Below, piece by piece: positions 50,401-62,220 of a DNA stretch of 64,000 nucleotides (its first letter is position 1; each line of letters begins with the position of its first letter). Origin of the DNA: Geosiphon pyriformis uo1 (taxonomy: Eukaryota; Fungi; Glomeromycota); assembly GCA_016748015.1 (NCBI GenBank), contig JAAOMT010000617.1, forward strand, positions 380,635-444,634, given 5' to 3'. The notes below the pieces were generated by a model, which saw nothing but the letters and a program-made list of their open reading frames with translations, was not told the DNA's origin and searched no databases. A program made the translations under genes and the position numbers.

Positions 50401-53106
50401 TGCGGCATACAACAGTGCTCTCAACAAACTTTATCACTACTCCCATAATGTTGAGATGATTTTCAACCTAGCAATGGCATTAATTAATAGAGCTACCAAA
50501 GAAGATATTTGTCAAATGAAGGAAGCAAAATACATTGAATACACCATAGAATTAGCTAGATTTGATTACAAAGATGAAGTAGAAGTCTACCACCAAATTG
50601 CAAGTCACATCTACCCAACCCAAGAAGCTCAAATTCAATGATTAGAGCAAATGAACATTAGACTATGTGAAGAATGCATTATGCCTTGTAATGAACAGTG
50701 GTGTCCTGAATGCTATGCTTTTAGTATCCTCTTGCCCAGCGAAAATGATGAGAACAAAATTGAATTTGGAGAACCTGAAACAACAAAAAAAATTGAAACA
50801 ACACCTATTTACCTTATCAAAAATTAGCCTGCCTTACAACTTAAATACTTCAACAACAACAGACAAGGAATAAAACCCGAAAAAGCACATGAAATTGATG
50901 CTGGATATGACCTAAGATATCCAGGCAAGGATACTCTTATTCTCAAACCCAAATCTCTCACAAAAATCAACCTCAAAATTGCACTTGAAATCCCGTCAGG
51001 AGCAATAGTTCAAATCACCTCCTGGTCCTCTCTGGCAAGCAAAGGAATCAATATTAGAGGAGGAATAATTGATGCTGGATATACTAGAGACATTACAGTA
51101 ATGCTTCAAAATGAAACTGACAAACTATTCAGGATCGAACATGCTGAAAAATTTGCCCAAGCTATTTACCTATCCCTAATCAACATTTCGGGTTTACAAC
51201 TAGTCAATCAAAGAGAACAATTAGGAAAAAGCAATAGAGGAACCCAAGGTTTTGGTTCAACTGGACGATTCACAGTTCCAGTTAATATAGCTCTTAATAC
51301 ACAGAACGAATCCCACCAGATTCTCAGACTTTCACAACCAATTACTATCTCACCCTTTAGAGAACATCCGGAAATCTACACCTGTCCAAAGCCAACAACC
51401 ACACAACAAATTTTTGAGTCCAATAAACAAGTCTGCTTGGAACATATATTTCGATCCCAAACATTTATATTCCAGAAGAAACAAAGAAAGTCTGAGTTAC
51501 TTTTTACAACCCCAATAATTACCCCATAATTTTATTAAATAATTTAGAAATTGGAGTTATTCATAGTAATATATTTCAACAAAAATTACCCCAAACAGTC
51601 CCTGATTTCTCTGAAATTATTGGACATTCACTACCAAAAATCAACCCAAACTCCAGCTCTGAAAACTACCATGTTGTCATGGAAAAACTATCTCAAATCA
51701 ACATAGGACAACTTGAACTACAACAACAGACCCAGTTCAAAGAACTAATTGCAAAATTTGCCAATATCTTCGCTGAAAACAACAATGACTTAGGAAGAAC
51801 CAATTTGGTTCAACACCAAATTTATACAGGAGATGCCAAACCAAGAAGACAACAAGCATATCAAGTTGCTCTAGAAAGCCACCAATTCATCTGAGAAAAA
51901 GTACAATGAATGCTTAACAATAAGCTCATCCAACTCTCCATGAGTCCTTGGACTTCATCTGTAGTGCTAGTTAAAAAGAAAAATAGAAAGATCTGATTTT
52001 GTGTTGACTATCGACAACTCAACAGTATTACAATTGAAGATGTCTACTCCCTTCCCCGGATTGATGACATGTTAGATGCTCTTGAAAAATCCAAATATTT
52101 TTCAACACTAGATTTAGAAAGCAGTTACTGGCAAGTTGCTATAAATCCCAAAAATCGCCCCAAAACAGCATTTACCACCCAAGGCAGAAATTACAAGTTC
52201 AATGTAATGTCTTTTGGATTATGCAATGCACCAGCAATGTTTCAGAGATTAATAGATGTTGTGTACCAAAGACTTCTTTGGAAGTCAGTAGTCATCTATC
52301 TTGATAATACTAATGTTTATTCTCCATTGTTCGAATTACACTTAAAACACCTGTGAGAAGTTTTTCAATGATTACAAAAAGCAGGACTAAAACTCAACAT
52401 CAAAAAATGCTACTTTGGAAAAACAAGTCTGGCCTTCTTTGGTCTTATTGTTAATAAAGATGAAATCAAACTGGATCCTGAAAAAATCAGCATTGTCAAA
52501 AACTTCAAAACTTCCCGAAACACTACAGAACTAAGAGGATTCATAGGATTAGCATCCTACTATCGGAAGTTTATCAAAAGATTCTCGGAAATTGCAAAAC
52601 CCCTCAACCAGCTTACCACCAAAAACGTTGAATACAAATGGACTACCAAACACCAAAAACTTTTTAGAATTCTCAAGGAAAAACTGACAACAGCTCCAAT
52701 CCTTGCCTATCCAGATTTTAGCAAATGATTTTGACTAGCTACAGATGTTTCATATACTGCCTTTGGTGCCATCTTATCACAACTAGATGACAACGGAAAT
52801 GAGCAAGTAATTGCTTATGCTAGCAGAACATTAAAACCAGTTGAGAAAAACTACCCTGCCACAGAACTAGAAACAGCAGCTGTAATTTGGGCCCTGCACT
52901 ACTTCAACCTTTATCTCAGGCCTAAAGAATTTGATATTATCACTGATAATATTGGACTCAAATGGCTTCAGAACAAAAATACTCAGCTGAATGCAAAACA
53001 AATCTGATGGACAGTATTTTTAGCAAACTATTGATACATAGTACATCACAAATCAGGAAAACTCCACACCAATGTTGACTGTCTCTCCAGAATGAGACAA
53101 GATTAG
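47491..53106 (+). pseudogene. gag-PR-Cys-rich-dUTPase-RT-RNaseH polyprotein of D
   Basis: Single frame apart from small indels at ~50030 and ~51445 that are absent in A1; CHYCGISGH knuckle, PR 49312-50037, dUTPase ~50880-51265, RT 52069-52356, RH; TAG 53104-53106. Confidence 0.9.
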
Positions 53107-53157
53107 AAAACACAAAAACCAACACTCAAATTAACCAACCAAAAGAGCCAACAAACA

Positions 53158-54540
53158 ATGAATTCAGAAAACTACAACAATCTCAAACAATATTTGGAAA
53201 CATTAAAAATCCCAACAGATTGGTCTCCAGATAAAAAACATCGACTACAACAACAAGCCAAACAATATTTTCTACACAACAACATTATTTATCATCGAAA
53301 TTTCAAAAACTCAAACAAACCACTCAGATTAATACAAGAACAGAAGAAAGAGACCATATTATACAACATGTACTCAGATCCTTCATCAGCATACTTTGGA
53401 AAAGATAGCACCACCCAAAGAACACTAAAATACTACTTTTGGCCTTAAATGAGAAAAGATATTCACGAATATGTCAAATCTTGTGATAGTTGTCAAAGAA
53501 GAGAAGGAACACGCCCTACTGAACCATTAAATCCAATCAAAGTTGGACAACCCTTTGACCAAGTTGGTATTGATTTAGTCGGACCACTATTTATCACCAC
53601 TTAAGAAAATCATTATATTGCAGTAGCTGTAGACTATCTTACTAAATAGCCTGAAACCAGAACCATTCAATGAGCAGATGTGAAATCAGTAGCAAATTTC
53701 ATCTACGAAGACATCATTTGTAGACATGGATGTCCAATTGAACTTTTATCCGATCAGGAGACATATTTTGTGAACAACCTAATACAAGAAATTTGCGAAC
53801 AATTCAATGTCAAAAGACCTCTGTCTTCGCTCTACTATCCACAAACAAACAGACTTGTGGAATGTTTTAACAGAACATTGTGTGAGTCATTAGCCAAAGT
53901 CTTAACCAATTTTGAGCAAGATTGGGATATCTTTATTCCATCAGTGTTACTAGCATACAGAACACTAAAACAAGATACTACAAAACACACACCATTTGAT
54001 TTAACTTATGGAAGAACAGCAATATTACCAATTAGTTTCACAATAGAAACATACCCAGCACAACCAATCAATGAAAACAATTTCCAGGAAACACTTCAAT
54101 GAAGAGCCTACACACTTCTCAGCACATTGAAAGAAAAATGAAAAATAGCCACCCATATTGAACACTTCCAAACTCAACAAAAAGAATGGCATGACAACAA
54201 ATTGCCCTCAGTTACCAATAATTTTAAAGTTGGAAACAAAGTTCTCTTACACAAAACTAAAGCTAAAAAACAATGGAGTGGAAAATTCAAAAATAAATGG
54301 GATGGACCATTCTTTATCCATAAAATACTAGGCAATGGATCATACAAGTTAAGACTTGATGACAAAATCTTAGCAAAAGTTGCACATGGAGATCGTTTAA
54401 AACACTATCATTCCAGAAACAATCCTGAACCATTAATTCCACAAATTAGTACACATTCCCTTTTAGTCAATCCCGAAAATATTCCTCGAAACTTAGAACC
54501 AATAGTTATTATTGAACAACCTTCCAACTTGAACACTTAA
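53158..54540 (+). pseudogene. Stand-alone integrase ORF of D
   Basis: MNSENYNNLKQYL; CDSC; 'GIDLVGP', 'LLSDQ', 'TNRLVE'; 'KWDGPF'; stop 54538-54540. Confidence 0.88.
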
Positions 54541-54684
54541 ATTAATTTTATTAGTTATTCCTTATAATTTAAAAATAATTTTACAAAAACAAAACAAAAC
54601 AAAACATACTGAAAGACAAAAATAACATAAAAACCCACATACCAAAAATAATTTCAATCTATTTTTCTCACTCAAATTTTTATA

Positions 54685-55401
54685 ATGACTATCCCTCAAA
54701 ATATTCAACAAATATCTCAAAAATTAATGCTAATTTTAAAGACAATATCCGAATTATCTATCACTATTACAGGAAAACATATTAATTATACCCAAACAGA
54801 AATAGTCGCCAGTTTAGCCCCAAATTCACGAAATTATCACCCCTACAAAAAGAACACAAGTTACTCTGGAATTCATCTGCCAGAACTTTTGAAGTTTGCT
54901 TTAAGAGAAAATTTAATGTTCATTCCTATTAGTATTCCACCAAATATTACTATTCAACAAAAACTTCAACTGTGTCTTAATGAAGAAAACCACAACTATA
55001 CTCCAATATATAGATATTTTTACATTGGAAAAACACTTCACGAACAAAAATGGGAGCTTACAGCAGCAAATCTCACAAAAGAAGCTATTCAAAAACAACT
55101 TCACAACGAATTCAAAACAACAGCTGGACCTACAAACAGTCGCTATAAACTAAGAGCTGCTCTTAGACTTTATGACTTATTCCACACCTGTGAAAATGCC
55201 CTACAAAACCCAATTTTACGACTTTTGAAGATTCAATACATTGGAAAGCTCACAGAACTGAAATTTCAACAATTTTCAGATCAAATTTCTTCAATAATTT
55301 TAGATTACTATCTGGAAATTACAGACAGTACTTGGACTTTGATAGAGTTCAGTCTTGAGGAGGAGGTTATGTTACCAGACAAAATTAGAGATATTATTTA
55401 G
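54685..55401 (+). CDS. Family A ORF3 of D, uninterrupted 238 aa, unknown function
   Basis: ATG-started ORF in the env position, running 32 nt into the 3' LTR; homologs in A2, E and B3; no signal peptide or TM segment evident. Confidence 0.75.
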   Translation: MTIPQNIQQISQKLMLILKTISELSITITGKHINYTQTEIVASLAPNSRNYHPYKKNTSYSGIHLPELLKFALRENLMFIPISIPPNITIQQKLQLCLNEENHNYTPIYRYFYIGKTLHEQKWELTAANLTKEAIQKQLHNEFKTTAGPTNSRYKLRAALRLYDLFHTCENALQNPILRLLKIQYIGKLTELKFQQFSDQISSIILDYYLEITDSTWTLIEFSLEEEVMLPDKIRDII

Positions 55402-56332
55402 CATGAAATTATCTTAAAAATCCTATCATTAATTAGCATATATTATTATTTCAAATTATCACTTATTACATTAGCAAAATGTCTAAAATTATCATTTAAA
55501 TTAATAATCCAATTTGTACACAACACAAATGTAATCTAATTGTGATGATCAATCATGCAATACTCCGAACTATGTAACATTCAAAAGTTCGCTGAAATTT
55601 GTAGAAATTTGCCGAAATAATTGATAGTTCACTGAAATATCTAATAGTTCGCAGAAATAACTTGTAGTTCACCGAAATGTATCTTTAGTTCAGCGAAATT
55701 GTAGAAAATAGCAAAGTTCAAGTTCATAGAATAGTGTTATGACAAGTTGTATAAAAAAAGAGCATTTCTCTTTGAGAAAATGTATCTTACTTTAGATTTA
55801 TCACCTAGAACCATTCCTACACACACAAAAAAAAATAAATATCAAATAATTCGAAAAACCAAATTCTTTAAATTATTATACTTGGAAAATCCCCAAAACC
55901 CAACTAATGTTTTGAAATTAATTAGCTACCAATTTCAATAAACTGTTAGTGACTTCAGGCCTGGATAGAAAATGTTTCTCTTGACAAAATTCTATTTCTT
56001 TTACATTTCTTTTATTACAATTATTAGAGTAGCCTACAGACAAGATTTCTGTAGAAAAGTTGACTTTCACAGCAAAGTAACTACACATTTTTTTGTGAGC
56101 TTCCAGATGAGCAATTCCTGGGAAAGAGTTGACATTTACTACAACATAACTACATAAAATAACTGGCACGGAATTGGCCATTTCACTCATAAGCCCAGCA
56201 AGTTCAAATTATAGGAGATAATTTGAAAATAAATTCAGTTACTGGAGGTCTAACTACTTCCTGAAAACGTGAATTCACAACAAACAGACATTAACAACAT
56301 TCAAGAAAAGAGACCAAAAACCTCTGGTAACA
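55370..56332 (+). repeat. 3' LTR of D
   Basis: Direct repeat of 46463-47445; followed by TSD GTGG. Confidence 0.95.
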
Positions 56333-56554
56333 GTGGTTAGTTTGGGTTTTTACAATTTTTGTAATAGATTTTGTTGTGGTGTATAAAATATTGTTTGGAT
56401 TGGTGTTGTAATCAATGTTTTTCACTTGGAGACCAATTTTTTGGCATGGTGAGAGTCTTCAAATAGTTTTTGATGTTGTTGTAGTTTTCTGGATCCATTG
56501 TTGTTGATTTTGTTGTTTGTTTTGCTATTAAGTTTGTTGGTGTTAATGTTGGTA

Positions 56555-59500
56555 TTAATATTGTCTCATTCTTGAGAGGCTGTCAATATTAGTGTGTATT
56601 TTTCCTGGTTTGTGATGTACAATATATTTGTAGTCTGCTAAGAAGTCATTTCATTGAGACTGTTTGACACTTTGTTCAGTTTTTTTTTATTAAGCCATTT
56701 GAGACCAATATTGTCAGTTATGATGTCAAATTTTTTTTCATTCTTCAGATATTGTTGAAAATGTTTAAGAGCCCAGATGACTGCGGCAGCTTCTAATTCA
56801 GTTGAGCCATATTTTAGTTCTGTTGGTTTGAGTGTTTTACTAGCATAGATGATGACTTGTTCTTGCTCATTTTCATTCAATTATGATAAGATGGCACCAA
56901 ATACTATGTGTGAAGTATTAGTGGCTAATTGGAACTGTTTGTTAAAGTCTGGATAAGCAAGAACTGGGGCTGTTGTCAATTTTGTTTTGAGAATTTCAAA
57001 AGCTTTTTGTTGTTTTTCAGTCCATTTGTATGGCATGTTTTTGTTGATAAGATAATTGAGTAGTTTGGCAATTTTTGAGAATCTTTTTATGAATTTTTGA
57101 TAGTAAGAGGCTAATTCTACAAATCCTTGTAGTTCTGTGGTATTTCTGGAAGTTTGAAAGTTTTTGACAGCACTGATTGTTCCTGGGTTTGGTTTGACTT
57201 CATCTTTACTAACTATGTGTCCAAAAAAGATCAAGCTTGTTTTTCCAAAGTGATATTTTTCAATGTTTAACTTTAATCCTGTTTTCTATAATCGTTGAAA
57301 AACTTCTCACAAGTGAATAAGGTGGGTTTCAAAGCTTGGTGAGTATACATTAGTGTCATCAAGATAGACAACTACTGATTGCCACAAGAGCTCTTTATAT
57401 ACAACATTTATGAGTCACTGAAATGTTGCTGATGCATTGCAGAGTCCAAAAGGCATAACATTAAACTCATAGTTTCCTCCTTGAATGGTAAATGCTGTTT
57501 TGGGTTGGTCTTTTGGGTCCATTTCGACTTGTTAGTATCCACTTTCCAAGTCCAAAGTTGAAAAGAACTTGGCTTTTCCTAAAGCATCTAACATGTCATC
57601 AATTCTTAGAAAAGGGTAGGCATCTCCAATTGTCACACTGTTCAATTGGCAATAGTCAACACAAAATCTGATTTTTCCATTTTTCTTTTTGACAAGGACT
57701 ACTGGTGAGGCCCAAGAACTTCTTGATGATTGAATCAATCCGTTATTGAGCATTATCTGAACTTCTTCTCTGATGAATTGGTGGCTGGCAGGTGGCACTC
57801 TGTAAGCTTGCTAATGTTTTGGTAAAGCATCTCCTGTATGGATCTGATGTTGAACCATATCCGTTTTTTCCAGGTCATTGTTGTCTTTTGCAAATATATT
57901 TGCAAATTCAGCTATCAATTGTTTCAATTGTCTTTGTTGTTAAGGTTCTAAGGCACCCATGTTGATTTGAGAGAATTTTTCTTTCAAAAAGTGGTAGTTT
58001 TCAGTAGTGAGAATAATATTTGGATTTGGGAGTAGAATGTGCCTTACAATTTCGATAAAATTAGAGACAATTTAAGAGTTTTCATCTTGAAAAATATTGT
58101 TGTGTATGATTCCAATCTCTAATTTGTTTAATAAGACAATAGAGTAATTATTGAGGTTGTAAAATGTAACTTGAAATTTTTTTATTCCTTTGGAAATATA
58201 AACATTTGGAATTGAGATTTCATGCTTCAAACAGATTTGTTCATTGGATTCAAAGATTTATTGGGTAGTAGTGGGTTTTGAGCAAGTGTAAATTTCGTGA
58301 TGTTCTCCAAAAGGTAAAATAGTAATTGGTTGGGGAAGTTGAAGAATCTGGTGAGATTCATTTTGTATTTTAAGGGCTATGTTTATTGGAACTGTAAATC
58401 ATCCAGTTGAACCAAAACCTTGAGTTCCTTTTTTACTTTTTTCCAATTGTTCTCTGTTGTTAACTGATTGTAGACCCAAAATATTGATTAAGGGTAGGTA
58501 AATTGCTTGAGTAATTTTTTCAGCATGTTCAATCTTGAATGGTTTGTCTGTTTCATTCTGCAACATGATGGTAATGTCTCCAGTGTATCCTGTATCTATA
58601 ACTCCTTCTTTAATATTGATTTCTTTGCTTGCCAATGATGATTTGGAGGCAATTTGAACCATTGCTCCAGGTGGAATTTCAAGAGCAATTTTGAGATTGA
58701 TTTTTGTTAAAAACTTTGGTTGGATAACCAAAGTATCTTTTCCTGGGTATCTTAGATCATATCCGGCATCAATTTCGTGTGCTTTTTCTGGTCTGATTCC
58801 TTGGCCATAGTTGTCAAAATATTTAAGTTGTAGAGATAGTTGCTTTTCAAGGAGATAGATGGGGGTGGTTGGTAGTTCTTCTATTAGTTCGGATACTCCA
58901 AATTCGATTTCATTTTCATCATTCTTATTTGGCAGAAGAATGCTAAGAGCATAGCATTCTAAACACCATTGGTTATCACAAGACATGATGCATTCTTCAC
59001 ACAATTGAATGTTTATTTGCTCTAATTGTTAAATTTGAGCTTCTTTGGTCGGATATGTGTGGCTTGCAATTTGGTGATATGTTTCTGTTTCATCTTCATA
59101 ATCAAATCCAGCTAATTCCATAGTATACTCAATATATTCAGCTTCTTTTATTTGATGGATATCTTCTTGAGTGGTTCTATTGATCAATGCTATTGCTAAG
59201 TCAAAAATTATTTCAGCATCATGAAGGTAGTGGTAAAGTTTATTGAGAGCACTGTTGTATGCTGCATCAAATGGTGTTCCTCTTCTGACTTTTTCCGAAA
59301 TTGATAGAGCATATTGACAGGTTTGATCACATACTCCTCCTCTCATTGCAACATCAATCCAGTTGCATTCTTCTGGTAACATATCTCCACATGTAAGGCA
59401 AGATGTGTTGTCCCATTTTCTACTTCTTTTTGGAGATCCAAATCGTTTTCTATGGCATGCTTTGCAAAAATAACAGGTACAAGTTTCATATTTCTCTTCT

Positions 59501-62178
59501 GGAGAAATACATGCTCCCATTGATGAAAGTTTCTTATTGCAATCTTTGCATTTGAGTGGAATATAGGGTGGTTGTTTCTATGGTTCTGGTGTAAAATATC
59601 TAACTTTTTTCTATCCTCTTGATTCTTCAAAAATTTCCTGTTCTGTTTCTTCAGCCCAATTGGATGTTGATTCAAAAGCCATGTAAGTTTCAGTAAGTGG
59701 CATTTCTTTCTCCTTTTCAAATTCAAATACTGGGGCTTTTTCTGATTGTTTGTTAAAAGTACCACAAGTAGCAGGTACTATGGTGTATTGTCCTTGGTAT
59801 GAGATTTTTAATTTCTGAGTTTTCCAGTCCAAGTTTGCATTGACCTTAAGAAGCCAATTATTTCTGACCAGAGCTTGGTATTGGAGTGCATCTATGACTA
59901 GAACTTTGACTGGAATGGTGATTCCATCAATGGTAAATGGAAAATTGTCAATTTCTCTTACTGGTGTTTTTTTCATACCATTTGCTGTAACAATTACAGT
60001 TTGGGCTGGTCTGTTAACAGTTTTTTGAAGCTGTTGCATTAACTGGTAGGTGATAATACTTTCAGCTGATTCACTGTCTAGAATTAGTCGGATGGGTTTT
60101 CTTTCTACTGTAGCTTTAGTGTACATGGCAGTAATAGCTTTTTGTTCATTAGCTGCTGCATTACTAAGCAAGAATGGTGATTCATTTGCTTTAAATTCGA
60201 ATGGAAATATATCTAAAAGATTGGCATTTTGGGCAATTTGAGCTGGTGGAATAGTGTTGTTAGAAGGGTTTGATCTGGGTGCTGCAACTTCATCTTCAAA
60301 AAGTGCAGGTTGTTAAAAATCCGATTCCTCTGGTATTGTAAGATAACTGGGTTGAGTGTGATAGTGATTGGGTCTTTGCTGACCAGAATTTCGGAGAACC
60401 AACTGGTTATTTGGATTAATTCTGTTGTTGTTATTCTGAAATTGATTTTGGGGTGTGAATTGGTTATGTTGAACCAATTTTCTTGCTAGTACTTGATATT
60501 GTTGAATGGGTGGTGTCTGATATTACTGAATTGGTAAAGATTGCTGATATTGTTGATGAATTGGTTGTGGAGCTGATTGATAATAGCTGTTTTGAATTTG
60601 TGGTCTCAGTGAATAATAAGTTGGTGGTGGGAGTTGGTAATAAGATTGTTGTGGTGAAGAGTAATGTTGATTACTCCTGTTTTGTTAGTCTCTTTGTAGT
60701 TTCTTGCAATCTTGTTTTTAGTGTCCTCGAATTCCACAATAGTGACAATTTTGAGGTTGGTTGTTGGATGATGGTCCAAAGTTGTTTTGGTTGCATCACT
60801 GTGGTGGTTGATATTTTTGTGGTTGTTACTGCTGTTGTTGCTGGTTTGTAAAATAGCTTTCAACCTTCTTTGTGAGTTGGTCTATTTTTTCTTCAGCTGC
60901 TGAGCTGGTTTCTCCAATAGCCAAGTTAACAAGTTTGGTGTGGTTCACTTCTTCCATAGCCATTTCATAATTCTTTGCATATCTAATAGCAGTTGCTAAG
61001 TCTGCTGAAGCATGTGGATGGACTTTTTTAATCAGTTTGTTTTTTAATCCTGCTATAAACTGATCCAAAATTTAAGCATTGGAATAGTAGTCATTGGTTT
61101 CCAATTGTTGAATTTGTTTGAGAAATTTGTTGAATTTTCCAAGATAGGTTATAACAGTTTCAGATGTTTCTTACTTAATATTGTGAAAGTGGTTTCTGAG
61201 AGTGATAGAAGTGTTGTTGTTGGTGAATTGTTGTAGAAAAGCATCTTTGAATGCTTGCCAGTTTTTAAATAGTTCTTCTAAGTTTTCAAACCATTCTCCT
61301 GCAGTTCTTTGGAGAAAGTATGAAATTGCTTTAAGCATTTTTGCTGCATTCCAACCATTTGCATCTTCTGTTTTTTGAACTTTGTCAAGCCATTCTTAAG
61401 AACTGATATCATTATCTTTACCTGTGAATTCTGAAATCTTTGCAATATAAGCAGTTGCCATTTCTTCTTCGTTTTCTGTGGCTTCTTCTGGTTCTGGTTC
61501 AGTTTCTTCACTTTCCAAGCTTTCTGAATGATTACTTTCGTTTTCCTGTAAGTAATCAATGATATTGGCACTTGTTGATATTGGTTCCTGTTGTTGAGTA
61601 GGATTTCTAGGTAACTAAAAATCTTCTGGTCTGGAGAAACAGTTAAGTGGTGAACTTAATGTTTGTGATTGAACAAGTGAAATTAGAAATGGTGTAATAG
61701 AAAGTGGTAATTTGACACTGGTTCCTTGTTCAGATGTTTGCAAGTATTTGGCAGTTGTCTTTGGTAGTATTGGAGTGTTTGGAGTGGTTATTGAGTATTG
61801 TTTCACTTTTTGTTTGTCTTTGTTGCTTGTCTTTGTTTCTGATTCAAAGTTAAAAGAATATTTGGGCTGTACTGGGTATTTTTCTTCACAGTACTCAATA
61901 ATATTAAAATTAAGTTCTTGGAAGTAGGTAGCAAATGTTTCACTGTTCAGGTCTTTTGTTTCCAATTGTGAATAGTGCACTAAATTATTGTAGAGATTGC
62001 TTCTAACTTCTGAAATGTTGTAGTTTCCAAAAAAATAATTGTTGATGCGATTTTCAATATATTGGTATACTGATTTCTTGACAACTTCAATTCCGTCTAA
62101 AATGTTGAATCTTTGCTTGCAGCGGGTGTAAATTGACTGATGATACTTTAGAGTTGTTGTGTCTGGTGTGATCGCCAC
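56555..62178 (-). pseudogene. gag-PR-Cys-rich-dUTPase-RT-RNaseH polyprotein of E
   Basis: ORF fragments 61615-62178, 59611-60171 (PR), 59029-59520 (Cys-rich), 58399-59004 (dUTPase 'AGYDL..GVIDTGYTGDI..GFGSTG'), 57532-57798 (RT), 56638-57234 (RT/RH); TAA 56557-56555. Confidence 0.9.
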
Positions 62179-62220
62179 TTTGAATTTGTTGCTGTGTTAT
62201 TTCTGTGGGAGAGCACCAAA

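Larger units (their letters stand above)
46463..56332 (+). mobile_element. Ty3/Gypsy element D, structurally complete (9870 bp), innermost insertion of the right-hand nest
   Basis: LTRs 46463-47445 and 55370-56332 with 10-bp terminal inverted repeats TGTTACCAGA/TCTGGTAACA; perfect TSD GTGG/GTGG; PBS 47448-47460; PPT GAGGAGGAGG ~55357-55366. Confidence 0.95.

Noticed and set aside
54202-54540. Chromodomain at the integrase C-terminus
   Set aside because: After the GPF motif there is only a short Pro-rich tail, with no chromodomain aromatic-cage pattern.
54685-55401. ORF3 as an envelope gene
   Set aside because: No signal peptide, transmembrane segment, furin site or Cys-rich ectodomain is visible, and it is short.
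55918-56190. Recurring short ORFs within family A LTRs (also 47094-47303, 55972-56157)
   Set aside because: Starts and stops are not conserved between LTR copies and no domain is recognisable; recurrence reflects LTR identity.
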